The notes beneath the pieces are model-generated. The model was not told the origin of the DNA. It saw only the letters and a program-made list of their open reading frames with translations, and searched no databases. From Hydrolagus colliei (lineage: Eukaryota), in assembly GCA_035084275.1 (NCBI GenBank), contig CM068771.1, forward strand, positions 5,084,001 to 5,148,000: DNA of 64,000 nt, written 5' to 3'. The position numbers and the translations under genes were made by a program. How positions within the stretch are numbered: the stretch's first letter is position 1; every line of letters begins with the position of its first letter. Of this stretch, positions 34,571-48,200 are shown piece by piece.

Positions 34571-36299
34571 TTTGCCCACAAAATACAGTCTTGCCGAGCT
34601 TCCCAATTCTTCTCTCCGCAAGCTGCAGATCACTTAGATCTCTGCACCTCGCGACCTCTCCCACATCAAACCTTGACCCTATCACCCCCACCCTTGTCCA
34701 GCTCTATTGGCTCTCCATCCCTCAGGCGATAAAAGTCAAAACCCTCATCCTCACCTTCAAGGCCATCTACAGCCTTGCTCCTCCCTGCCTCTGTGACCTG
34801 CTTCAGCATCCTGTCCGCTGTCTCTATTCAGGAAGCCGTGGCCTCCTCCACAACCCACTGCCTGGCTCACGCCACCATCAGCAGTCAGGTCTTCAGTCTC
34901 TCTGCCCCCACCCTTTGAAACTCATTACACATTTGTTTCAGTACATTCTGTGAAGCGCTATGAGGCATCTCAATGATGTGATACCAAATGCAAGGATTAT
35001 TACTATTGTTCATTGTTTTTCAGAAAAGTGAGGCCAAACAGAACAAGTTTGTTTGGCCACCATGGGCTCATCAACAGTGCTTGGAAGGCCATTCACTGAG
35101 GTAGGGGATTCTTCCCACTTCTGTTAATCCTACAAACCAAAGCCCTTGTGTTGCTAAATTAAGTGTAAGGATTCATAACATATCAGTGCGCTTTGTTAAT
35201 GTTGAAACCCGTCGGTATTGGTTTGTTGAGAAATTTTCACATCTGCTCCAAATGTGTTGTGGCCGTGATATTCGGCGGCCGGGCTTTCAGCCTCTCTGCC
35301 CCTCCCCCCCCCCCCCCCCCCACACTCTGGAACTCCATCCCGCAATCCCTCCGCCTCGCTTCCTCCCCTTTCCTCCTTCAAGGCCGGGCTCAAGACCTTC
35401 CTCTTCAACCACGCCTTCGGCTCCCCCACTAACTCTTAACTCTCCCCCACTTTCCTACTCTCCTTCTCCCTGCCCCTACCCCTCCCCCCTGCCCCTCCCC
35501 ACCCACCCCCCAGCGCTCTGGTCCCGATCTAACCGTTCAACGCCTTGGGACATTCTCCCGACGTGAAAGGCGCTCTATAAATGTAATATTGTTGTTGTTG
35601 TTGTTGTTGTTGTGTGCTGTGGTCTACTTTCCAAGTCCTGACAGCACATCAGGCTGGGCTGTGCTACCTTTGTTCACCTAGCAGTAAGTAGAAACTAGTT
35701 GTTAGTTGTTTGATGGATCACTTTCCAGGGGTAATAATCTTTCTCCCCCCACCACCCCCAATGCCCCCTCCCCCTTGTGGTGACTTAATGCACAGCTGTG
35801 CACTTTGCCTTTTACATTCACTTCGTAGAATATTATGTGAAACCCTGCGACAAATGCCAGTTAGTCCCAGTTCCCGTTTGGACTGTAAGTTCTTCATACA
35901 GAAATTTCCCATAGAATAGAAATTGAGAAGTGTGATATTAGGGTATGTCAAACCGAAACTGTAGAATGCACAAGTATAGGCAAGCATCTTGTTTGTGTCC
36001 CTCCAACAATCGATCTATATGATTTCCATGTGTACTGTACTTCGGAAACCTGGATACCTACATCCCTGTGTCTGACTCCCTGCCTTCAAAACCTTATACA
36101 AATATAATTGTGTATTTTCTTAGTGTGTTGTTTAATTCTGGCCACTGTTTTCTGTGTGTGTTTTTGTGCGTTGTTGATTTTATCCTTTTTGGGCTGTGTT
36201 TTTTTTTGAAGGGGATTTCTTTTGATCTGGTGTGTGTCTGACACCAAGAGAAACTCACCACCAAGTTTAAGCGTTTCCAAACCAAACTGAGCGATCCAT

Positions 36300-36620
36300 A
36301 CTTATAATAATAATAATATAATCATCGCATTTGATATCGCGCTTTTCACATCTTATCGATGTCTCAAAGCGCTTCACAGAATTTACTGTAAAGTGAATTG
36401 ACAGTATATTTTGTGGGCGAAAGGCGACAGCCAGTTGCGCCCAGCAGCGTCCCCCTACAAACAGTGTTGGATTGAAATGACCCATTTTATTCTTGTGGTT
36501 TTTTTTTGAGGGATTATTATTAAGTGTGTGGAGTAAGGAAACTTGCCGCGGGTTTTGCCTTGACTTTCCCGGATTCAAAACACAGGCGAGTAAGGCGAGT
36601 ACTTTAACCACTGAGCTCCA
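36300..36620 (-). mobile_element. SINE2 copy
   Basis: Reverse complement of the family consensus. Confidence 0.82.
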
Positions 36621-37429
36621 GCATTGTACTTCCCCACTGCACATGGAAATCCCAGAGCTGGATTGTCGGAATGGAGCTCACATTCTCGCCTTGTAGGGAT
36701 GCATCCTGTTTACCCGATTCGCAGGTTTAACCAAGACATCAAAGGGCACATCAGTCAGTCGCTGATGGCAGGCAATTATCCCACTCAGCTTCTGTTTATC
36801 AATTCCCTGACAATTAAAAGTAGGAACTTACAGTTGAGCAGACCAGAACCAAAAGTACTGTATGTGGTAAGGTTTCTGGTAAAAAAGGAACAAGGTTTAA
36901 TTTAGTTTACAGAAGTCAGTTTAAAAGTTTAATGTTTAAAAATCATGCAAGTGTACAGTCAAGTGGTGAACTTGACTGTACAATCAATCAATCAATCAAT
37001 CAGTCAGTCAGTCAGTCAGTCAGTCAATCAATCAATCAAAACTTACATTTATATGGCGAGTATAGAGGGTATAGAGGGTAAGGTGGGGAGAGGGAGGGAA
37101 AAGTTGGGGGTTAAAATCAGTGAGGAATGGGGAGAAAGGGGGAGAGAAAGGGGGGGAAGAGAGGGAGAGAAGAAAAAAGGGGGGGAAGGTTAAGGGGCAA
37201 AGGGGGGGAGGATTAATCACAAACAATAAACAACAAAAGCAATAACAATTTGTAACAACAAATTATATTTACACAGCGCTTGTGTACACGTTGGGTGGAC
37301 ATCCTGTTCATCCCAAGCAGCGAGTGACCTGGACCTTGTTATTTTCCTCCCTTCAAGGACCTTCGCAAGGGTGTGGCAGTTTCCCAATTTTGGGAGTGAA
37401 AATAACTCTTTACTCTATCAACCGATGAT

Positions 37430-37835
37430 TCATAGAAACTTATGGCACAAACTTATGACCCATCGAGTCTGTGCCGGCTCTTTAAAAAGAGCAATTTAAT
37501 CTCCCCAGCTCTCTCATTCCCCATAACCTCACAAACCTGTCCTCCCCAAATAAATGTCTATCTCTCTTTTAAAAGTTGTTATTGAATCGGCCTCCACCAC
37601 CTTTTTAGGCAATGCATTCCAGATTCCAACAACTCGCTGGGTGAAAACATTTCTCCTCATCTCCCCTCTGCTTCTTTTTGAAACTATTTTAAATCTGTGA
37701 CCTCGAGTCACTGACACACCCACCAGTGGAAACAGTTGTTCCCTGTTTACTCTGTCGAATCCCCTCATGATCTTAAAAACCTTTATTAGGTCGCCTCGCA
37801 ACCTTCTTTGTTCCAATGAGAATAAACCTAGTTCT
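37430..37835 (-). mobile_element. CR1 3' fragment, same young subfamily
   Basis: ORF 37529-37942 [26 protein letters not shown]...YLGRTG. Confidence 0.88.
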
Positions 37836-38106
37836 AACGAAGGGTTGTAGACCCGAAACGTTGACTCTTTTTCCTCTCTCCATGGATGCTGCTTGTCCTG
37901 CTGAGTTTTCCCAGCAACTTTTGTTTCTGTTTCATAAACCAAACCCTGATGGATTCAGGGATTATCATTGTTAAACTGAAAGTCCTGGACACTCAGCGGA
38001 TCTTGTGACAATGACTAAACTGTGGAGGCCTGAGATTAACTTAGCTCAGCACAAAATAAATGACAGCAAAACATCATGTGTTTGGAGCACTAAGAATAAA
38101 CACTGC

Positions 38107-38400
38107 TGAGTCCTGTAGCTCAGCAGTTAGAATACTTGCCTTGCAAGAGAGAAAGCTGGGTTTGATTCTCAGCAAGAAACAGCTCCACGCAAGCTTCCTT
38201 ATTCCACACATCTGACAGTAATTTGAGACAAAAAGACTGTAATAATTTGGTCACTCAATCACCAACTATTTGTGGGTCACTGCTGTGCACAATTGTCTGC
38301 TGCGTCTCGCCCACAAATATACCCTCAAATACACAGCAGATTCTGTGAAGAGCTTTGAGATGTCTAGAAGATGTGCAAAACACCGCATAAAATGCTGGGC
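38107..38400 (+). mobile_element. SINE2 copy
   Basis: gagtcctgtagctcagcagttag...ccttgcaag head. Confidence 0.78.
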
Positions 38401-40189
38401 TTATTGTTAGTAGTATGAGAACACATGAAAACAAAATACATAAAACGAAACTGAGACATAAAACGCAAAATATTATTTGATCGTTTTGTAACTGGAAAAT
38501 TTCTAGCAAATCTCCCTAGAAGCTATTGACTCATTCTAAGCTGTACCTAATACTCTTCAGAATTAGGTAAGCAGGATAGGTCCCATCCCCAGGATTAGAG
38601 TGAGCATCCCATTCCAATGATCTATCTCTGGGATTTCCATGTGTAGGTGGGATGCATGGAATCCTCAGTTTGGTTTGGAAACTCAACAACAACAACAACA
38701 ACAACAACAACAGAAAGGTGAACAAGGCACGGCCGAAGAGAAAGGTCTGTGATTTGAAACTGAGAAGAGAGGGGATGAGGCGAAGCGAGTGAGGAAGCGA
38801 GTTCCAGAGCCTCGGGGCATAGTGGCTGAAGGCACGGCCGCCGAGGGTGGAGTGGAGGATTCGGGGGGGAACATGGAAGAGGCCAGACCCGGTGGAGCGA
38901 AGGCAACAGGAGCTGGTTTGAGGAGAGAGGAGGTCAGAGAGGTATGGGGGGTGCAGAGGAGGGAGGGATTTTAAGACTCATAAGCAACGTTTCAGATAAA
39001 ACCAAAACACAACAGTCATAAGAAAAGTTTCAAAATTGTAGTGAAACGAAACAGTTCAACAGTGACCAATTCTGCTTATTCTGGTGAACTGATTCATTCT
39101 TCTACTGCTTGTTAATTGATAGCCTAAGGAACCTATTCTCTGTATCTACCAGTTTTAGTTCCATTGATGCCCTATCACTGAATGGATCAATTGAAAGGTC
39201 TTTTTACAAATCTTTCATACCTGCCTATCCCCCATAACCTAGCTCTCCGACCTTCTTACTCTGCATTGAACTACCACACACACACACACACACAGATCAT
39301 CATCCTCACCTTCAAGGCCATTCACGGTCTTGCCCCCACCTATCTCTCTGACCTGCTGTCTCCCTATCAGCCTGTGCCCGTCCCCTCCATTCAGCAGGCT
39401 CTGGCCTGCTCCACGTCCACCGCCCTGACCACCCTACCATTGGCGGCCGGGCTTTCAGCCTCTCTGCCCCCACACTACGGAACTCCATCCCGCAATCCCT
39501 TTGCCTCACCTCCTCCCTTTCCCCCTTCAAGGCCGGTCTCAAGACCTTCCTCTTTGACCGTTTCACCCATAAATATACAGTCAGTTTTCCTGCTCTCCTT
39601 CCCCCTACCCCGACCCCTCCCCTTGCCCTCATTTCCCCCTTTCTCCCCGAATCCCACTTGCACGACTGTTTGTGGGACGCTGCTGTGCGCAATTTGGCTG
39701 CCGCGTTTCGCCCACAAATATACAGTCGATTCTCCTACTCTCCTTCATCCTGCCCCAACCCCTCCCCCACCTGCTCTGGTCCCTATCTGACCATACAGCG
39801 CCTTGGGACGTCCTCTCAACATGAAAGGCGCTATATAAATGTAAGTTTGATTGATTGATTGGTTGGTTGGTTGATTGATTGATTGATTGATTGATTGACT
39901 GTGTCTTCTACTCCCCTCCCAACCCTCCCCCTTCTCCTACTCCCCTTCCCCCTACTCCGACCACCCCTCTCCGCCTCCCCCCCGCTCAGGTCCCATCCAA
40001 ATTGTTCAGCGCCTTGGGACGTCCTCCTGACGTGAAAGGCGCTTTAAAAGTGCAATTTTGCCGTCATTGTTGCTAATGTTGAGAGTCAGGAAGTGGAACT
40101 AAAATTCAAAACAGGATTTGCTTCCTGAATTGTATCAAACGCCAGCCAAACTCAGTGAGTGAGTCAGCTTGCTTGTGCTTGCGGAGAAA

Positions 40190-42583
40190 ATGAGCAGTCA
40201 ACTCCGGACGTATTTCAATGGGAACTGGTAAGGGCGACAGGGCTGCTGAATTCTTCCTTCACCCACATTAACCGTGTTTGTTGACTTGGCGTAACTCGGC
40301 TGACGAGTGTCTGGCTTTGTGTGTGCTTACCGCAGGCTCATGGAGAAGGTGGGGTACATCAGTGTGTCCAGGTTTCAGGACCGGTACATCGCCGAGGTGA
40401 TCATGAAGGAGGACAGAGCGCGCGACAGGTAACTCAGGCAACTCGGTCAGATCCCGTGGATCCTGGCGTGCGTTTGGGGATGTCCCCTGCTCTGTCTCTT
40501 CCAGCTCACCACACCCCCACACCACCCCTCACTCACTGCCTCTACCATAGTATTTTCACTGTCTCTCTCCGAGTCTCTCTCTCTCTCTCCTCTCTCACAA
40601 TCTCTGACACAAAACTGTTTCTCAGTCTGACTATCACACAATCTCTCTCTTATTGTATCTCTCAGTGTCAGTGTAAAGTGAATTGACTGTATATTTGGTG
40701 GACGAAACGCGGCAGCCAATTGCGCACAGCAGCGTCCCCACAAACACTCGTGGATTGAAATGACCAATTTATTATAGTTTTCTTTAAGGGTTTACTATCA
40801 GGTTTGTGTGTGTGTCGAGTAAGGAAACTTGCCCAAGTTTTCACCCTGACCTGCTGGGAATCGAACCCATGATACAAGCTTGTGTCTTAACCTCCAGCAG
40901 TCCATCCCTGATGTTGTTGTGAATGAGGTTGGGTAAATAAACATTGGGGCGAATAACCTTGTAAATAACTCTAACCCATCCCTCCCCTTAACGCACACCA
41001 CTCCCCTCTGCCATGTATAGTTAACGTAGAAATTCAAACTCAATCACTTTTGGGATAGGAATATTTGAAAGCCCGTCTTGTCATTATGACTACAGTCACG
41101 GAAACTTGCTTAGTTACTTGCATTGTTTTGTTTCGATCGGCCAGGCCTTTGACGCACGCGGAAATCCATCACTGTACTTCAGAGAATCCAAACCAAATTG
41201 AGCATTCCACGCATCCAGACCACACATTGGAAATTCCAGAGATGGATTATTTCACTTCGGGAGGACGTCCCAAGGCGCTGAACAGTCAGGACGGGACCCG
41301 AGCAAGGGAGAGGGGAAGGGCAGGGGGTGGGAAGGGGGGGGCGAGGCGGGAGAGAGTTGGGAGGGGAGGGAGAGAGTTGGGAGGGCAGCAGAAGGCACTG
41401 TCAAAAAGGTGGGTCTTGAGATCGGCCCCGAAGGAGGAGAGGGAGGGAGTGAGGCGAAGGGACTGGGGGATGGAGTTCCAGAGTGTGGGGGGTAGAGAGG
41501 CTGAAAGCCCGTCCACCGATGGTAGAGCGGGTTGGACGGGGGACATGGAGCAGGCCAGAGCCCGCTGAGTGGAGGGGGCAGGGAGGTCAATAGGGGGCAC
41601 CAGTTTGGAGAGTGGTGGAGGGGATGTGGAGGGGGTGGCACGGGGGAGGCTGTGAATGGCCTTCTATCACGCATAGAAAAGCGAGGCACCATTTGACTAA
41701 CAAATGGGTTCCTGTATAATGCCTGGTAGACAGAGAGGTGTTTGTGTGGGAACAGCAATATCACTTCTCCCTGCTGAGAAACATTAGCCCAAATGTCCCC
41801 TACCGAGTCGAAACTCTGTGAACACAATCCTTGGGAGGGTTGGGAGTGAGTTGATATCTTGCCCATCCAGTCTAGCAAGTCGTGGAGTAAGGAAACGTTT
41901 GTTTTGTCAGCGAGTTTTGGCAGCCTCTTATCGCTGTCAGTCACACACTCACGTATCAGTGGAACCCAACCCTTTGTTTTTTTCCGGGACCCAAAGTAAC
42001 CACAACAAAAAGGGCCTCGCGACCTTCAATTATCTCAAAGCGCTTCACAGAATATACTGTAAAGTGAAGTGACTGTATATTTGTGGACGAAACGCGGCAG
42101 CCGATTGCGCACAGCAGCGTTCCCCCACACACAGTCGTGGATTGAAAACGACCAATTTTATTATTGTATTTTATCGGGAGGAGAGATTATTATTAGGCGT
42201 GTGGAGTAAGGAAACTTGCCCAAGGTTTCGCCCTGACCTGCCTGGATTCGAACACAGGTCTCACGTTTGTAAGGCTCTCACCACTGAGTTACAGGACTTC
42301 AATTGCAAGTCGAGCGCTCCGACCACTAAACTACAGGACTTTGGTTGAAACCTTTCATTCGAGACTTTGAGCTCACGGTCGGAAAATTCATCTTTCCCAA
42401 CTGAAATGTTAAATAAACCCTTTCCCGTCAGAAATGGGGAGCCATTCACATAGTGCGTTTGGCCAATTCTGCACCAATTTTATGGAGTCAAACCTTCTCT
42501 GTTACAGGAAAATGATGAAACCCAAAGCGAACGGCTTGCAATCGGTTGGACAAAAGAGACAATGTGACCTGTGCAAGACATAA
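40190..42583 (+). CDS. Candidate small three-exon gene, 68 aa, unknown product
   Basis: join 40190-40227, 40336-40428, 42508-42583; phase-2 GT-AG introns; exon 2 has strong GC3 codon bias; AATAAA at 43214-43219; third exon less certain. Confidence 0.5.
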
Positions 42584-45176
42584 TCCACCTGTCCTCCGTC
42601 ATTCACCTCAGTGGGACCGCACTCGTGTATATGGATGCACCCACCTCCATCCGGCATAGAGGTCACTATATAAATCGAAGTTGTTATTGTAGCTGCATCA
42701 AGACTATGGTTCAATCAATAATTACATAGAAACATTTGGGCTTTCAATGTTTGTATCTATTATTACAATAACTCTTGTATAATCCTCAAAGCGCTTCACA
42801 GAATACAGCAATCTCCTTCACATGCAATCTTGTTCCTTCCCCTCCACCCCACCCCACATCTCTCCTTCCTTTCCCATCCCTCTCTCCCCTCCCACCGGAA
42901 ATGGAGCAGAGTGTACTTACAAAAGAGCTGATTCCACAAAGCAGATAGAAGATAACGTTTTGGCTGAGCTGAGCTAGTGTGGAGGATCTGTTAGAGGCTA
43001 ATTTGGGTTGCAGCCAACATTAGCCAGTTCAAATGCAGTCGTATATATATACAGTATACGACTGCAATTTTACTGGAAAATACTGTACATTATATACTGC
43101 GCATGCGCAAAAAAGATGTGCCATCTTGGGTCGTTAAAATGAAATCTAATGTTGTATATCGATAAAAAGGTGTTTGTAACATCAAATTTTGTTTGTTAAA
43201 GCGAAATGATGTAAATAAAAGCTTTGTAACTGGAATGCTATATTTGAATTAAAAAGGAAAATCTAAATCGCCATTAATTTGGACATTGTCTTTTTGATCA
43301 GCTTCAATCATTGTGAACTGTACTTCAACATCAAATAGTTATTGTTCTGTATTCCTTTAACTTTGCATTATATAACTTCTGCTCATTTACACAATATTTG
43401 TGTCACCTATTTACACATTTATTGAATCGCTACACTACTTACTGGTAGGTAAGATTCACTAGGTTGGCACCTGGGATGTGGGGAATGAGCTAGGAGGATA
43501 GGTTGAGCAATCTCAGCCTATATTCTCTAGAAAATAGAAGAAACTAGAGGTGATCTTATAACAACCTATAAGATTATTAAGGGGCACGACAGAGTAGACA
43601 GTGGGGGCCTGTTTCCCCTGGTTGGTGAAACTACAATCTTAAAATTAGGGGTCAGCCCTTTGCCATTGAGTTGAGGAAAAACTTCTACACTCAGAGGGTA
43701 GCGAATGTATGCAATTCTCTACCCCCAAAAGACTGTAGATGCTCAGTCCTTGAACCTATTCAAGACAGAGATTGATGGATTTCATGTGGATAAAAGGGTT
43801 GAGGGTGCATGTGAGTGAAATTTGAATGACATTAAATCATGAGGATGCTTTATTTCAAACAAAAATAGATCTTTATTCTGAATCAGAATGCAACACAAAC
43901 AAACGATTCCCGTCACAGAAAGCAAAACAAGACTCAAACATTGACCAAGTTTGTGGAACCTGTCATGAACCTTTTCCTCCTCAACTTTACCCCATCCCAC
44001 CTTTCCCTCCCTCTCCCCCTTTACCCTCTCTCCTGCGTTTCTCTCCTAACTCCACTTCCGCGACTGTTTCTGGGACGCTGCTGTGCGCAATTTGGCTGCC
44101 GCGTTTCGCCCACAAATATACAGTCAATTTTTTTACTCTCTTTCCCCCTACCCTGAACCCTCCCCACCTTCTCTGGTCCCTACCTAACTGTTCAGTGCCT
44201 TGGGACGTCCTACCGACGTGAAAGGCGCTATATAAATGTAATTATTGATTGATCTAGGCTTGACCACGCCATTGGCTCTGAATCCTTCAGAGGATGGAGT
44301 TCAAATACCACATCCTCACCTTCAAATCCCTCCATGGCCTTGCTCCTCCCATATCACCTTGACCTACTAACTCCATACTGACTTCTCCGACCTCTCCAAT
44401 CCGTAGGCTTTGGCCTGCTCCATATCCTGATCTGGTCTGGACCAGCCCAGCGAGCTCCACCATCGGTAGTTGGGTCTTAAATCACTTTAACATCTGGCCT
44501 CCTCCATGTCCCCCCCCGAATCCTCTGCTCCACCATCGGCGGCCATGCCTTCAGCCACTACGCCCCAAAGCTCTGGAACTCCCTTCCTCACTCCTTTCGC
44601 CTCTCCCCATCTCTTCCCAGTTTCAGGTCTCAGCTCAAGACCTTTCTCATTGACCGCGCCTTTGGTCACCTTTCTCCCCCCGACCCTGGCTCAGGCCCGG
44701 GATCCATTATTGTGAAACGCTCTGAGAGGCCGTCCGGGGTGGAGTGAGGGAGGGCGCGATATAAATTGAAATTGTTGTTGTGGTTATCCAAATCCTTTGG
44801 AACTCCATCCTGCAATCCAAACTCACAGTCCCTTTCCTCCTGCAAACACTTCTCAAGATGCTTCCCTTCAAGTGCCTTTGGTCACCTTCCTACCCCAACC
44901 CCCACAGCCCTCTACCCCCTCCTGATCCCAACCCTCAGCTAAAGTGCAAATCTCTGAATGTTCAGTCCCTTGGGACATCCTCCCAATGTGAAAGGCGCTC
45001 TACAAATGTCATTTTGTTTTTGTTGCTCAATGCTCTATCCCGAACCCTTTCATTAACTTCTCCTCATATTTATAAACCTACTTTGTAAAAAGTGTGTCTC
45101 TGTTGTGTGTTACCGAGTAATTGAATGCACACGAGTTGAAAGTCTTTTCGCTGAAATGTTGATTATCTGGGTCTGT

Positions 45177-45204
45177 TCAGGTGGTCGGTAAAGACGCTGA
45201 GACT
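45177..45204 (-). CDS. Gene C candidate terminal exon (RVSASLPTT*)
   Basis: Strong acceptor gttttcttttcaaacag, compatible phase 2; no paralog support. Confidence 0.4.
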
Positions 45205-48200
45205 CTGTTTGAAAAGAAAACGTAATTTCTCACAGTGAAGTCCAATAGAAATCTTTACAATGTAAATATAGTGAACACAGCAAGTCTTTGGGATGAGAGG
45301 TAAACAGAGGGTGTGCGCGGTGAGGAAACCTGCTTAAAGTTTCACCCCGCACAGGAATCAAAGTGAGAAGAACGCTCTAACCCAGTGGTTCCCAACCTCG
45401 TCACAAAAGAGACGGGGGTATCGTCTTGGCTGAACTTTGCTTCGGTCGCCCACTAAGGGTAGGGAGGACCCGTTCGTGGCCAATCTAGTGTCGCAGCAAA
45501 AAAACGGTTGGGAACCACTGCGCTAACCACTACACTCGGGCCCGAGATCCGTTATTGTGAAGCGCTCTGAGACACCGTCCGGCGTGGAGGGCGCTGTATA
45601 AAACAACATTGGTGTTGTTACACTACAGTTCAGTGTAGTGTATTTTGAAGTGATTCAAAATAATCACTTCAAGAGATTATTTCCCTTGGAAATCAGTCCA
45701 CCAATTGAATTACAACTGGGGTTCCTAATTACTGGTCGGTAAACACAGCCATGCAGAGTAAGGAAACTTGACAAACGTTTTCTCCCCACCCTCTAAGTTA
45801 GAAGTTCCCAACCTCGGGTCCCGACCCAAATCAGGGGGTCCTCGGTTGGGTCGCGAAGGGTCATCAGAAAAAAATGTTGTTGCTTTTTTTAATGTTATTT
45901 TAAGGTTGAAAAGTGCTCGAGTCGACACCACCGACCAATTTGTATGAAAGACCGTACTAACAAGTTGCACTGAGTCCACAAAAGAGAAGGAGATATCGTC
46001 TTGGCTGAGCTTCGCTGAGAGTCACGATATCGCCCTCTAAGGGTGGGAGGACCTGTTGGTGGCCAATTTAGGGTCTCAACTAAAAAAAAAGGTTGGGAAC
46101 CATTGCTAAGTAGTAAATAACAGGAATTGGACATTACAACAACAACAACAAATTACATTTATAGAGCGCCTTTCACGTCGGGAGGACGTCCCAAGGCGCT
46201 GCACAGGAGGCGTATGACCCGAGCTGAGAGGGGAGTGTTTGGGAAGGGGTGAAACACGAAGGGGAGGTAGAAGAGTTCGGGGTGGAACAGAAGGCACGAT
46301 CGAAGAGGAAAGTCTTCAAACCGGCCTTGAAAGAGGAAAGGGAAGAAACGAAACGGAGGGATTGAGGGATGGCATTCCATAGGGTGGGAGCGGAGAAACT
46401 GAAGGCCCGGCCTCTGATGCTGGGACGATTCGGGCGGGGGGCTTGGAGCAGGACAAGTCCTGTTGAACGGAGGGTCCGGGTGGGCGTGTAGGGGGAGAGT
46501 AGATGGGTTAAATAGGGCGGGGCAAGGCCGTGTAAGGCCTTGTAGGTGAGGACGAGGATCTTGAACTCGATCCTCTGGAGGATGGGGAGCCAATGGAGAC
46601 GGGCGAGGGTGGGGGTTATGTGGTCGCGGAGGCGGGTGCGGGATAGTACATGGGATGCAGAGTTTGGGATGGCCTGCAGCCTGTGAATGGAGGAACTGGG
46701 GAGGCCGACGAGGAGAGAGTTTCCATAGTCCAGCCGTGAGGTGATGTATGCGTGCACGAGTGTTTCGGCAGCGTGGGGGGTGAGATAGTTGTCCGCAACT
46801 ACCTGGCAATATTGCGCAGGTGGAAATAGGCGGTGCCGGTCAAGGCGCGGATGTGGGGGAGGAAGGAAAGTTTTTGATCGAACATGATGCCGAGGTTCCT
46901 GACTGGCTTTGTGAGGTGGAGAGTGCAGCCTTGGATGTTGAGGCTGGCAGCGCCCGATGTGCGGAGGCGCTGGCTTGAGCCAATCAGCCAATTACATCAC
47001 TCAATCGGATACTTACCTTTGAAGACTGTCCATTTCCTGTTCATTCTGGGGTTCAGCATTACTGTTTCCCTTTTTATTATCTGTAATGACATGAACACAA
47101 GACCCATTAACATCCAAGCCCAGGGAACATACAGGAACATACAAATCCAGAGACACAGGGAACCATGAACACAGAGAACTGTTGATGTGGGGACCAGATA
47201 CACCTGGGACCCCATTGACCCAATGTTCCACTGTCCATCCACACTCCCAGGTCATGTTTAGAGACAAAGTAAAGCTTCCTCTACAGTCCACACTCCTAGG
47301 TCAGAGACAGTGTAATGCTCCCTCTACACTGTCCACACACACTCGCAAGTCAGCCACATTATGGGTTGGAATAAAAAAGAACAACTTTCATGCCTTTCAC
47401 ATGAGGAGGAACATCCAAGATGATGGACAGTCAAGCATTCGGTCCCAAGTTGGCATTTGGGAACTGGATGGGTGGAGGGCAAGGATGGTAAAGATAGAAG
47501 ATTGAACCAAGACATGGAACATGAGGAAGATCTTGAGATGACCCTTGAAGGATGCAAAGTGAAGGGACTACCAACATATTAAGAGTAAAAGGTTGGTCAA
47601 GGATAGGGTGGGGCCAATTCGGGACCTAGGAGGAAATCTCATTGTGGAGGCAGAGGGCATGGCTGATGTACTGAATGAGTACTTTGCCTCTGTCTTCACA
47701 AAAGAAAAGGATACAGCCAATGCCATAGTATTGGAGGAGAGGGTAGGAGAAATGGATAGAATAATTATAACCAGAGAGGAAGTGCTAAAAAGGTTGACGT
47801 CGCTCAAGGTGGATAAGTCACCTGGTCTGGATGGGATGCACCCTAGGTTACTAAGTGAGGCACGGGAGCAAATAGCAGGGACTCTGGCCACGATCTTTCA
47901 ATCTTCCTTGGACACAGGGGTCGTGCCAGAGGACTGGAGGATAGCTAATGTTACTCCCTTGTATAAAAAGGGGCAGAAGGACAAGCCTGGTAACTACAGA
48001 CCAGTCAGTCTAACGTCGGTAGTGGGCAAACGTCTAGAGTCCATAATCAGGGACAAGGTAGATCTTCACTTAGAAAGATATAGGCTAATAAAGGACAGTC
48101 AACATGGATTTGTTAAAGGCAAATCTTGCCTTACAAATCTGATAGAATTTTTTGATGAGGTAACGGAATGGGTGGATAATGGTAGCGCAGTTGATGTAGT

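Noticed and set aside
41252-41944. Minus-strand ORF open in both duplicate copies (also 51041-51571)
   Set aside because: Recent duplication explains the retention; it runs into SINE/L2 sequence and has no splice context or motif.
43782-43960. TM-like ORF (CLSLVLLSVTGIVCLCCILI) as gene C terminal exon
   Set aside because: Acceptor lacks a pyrimidine tract; the region holds AATAAA motifs on the minus strand and looks like 3' UTR.
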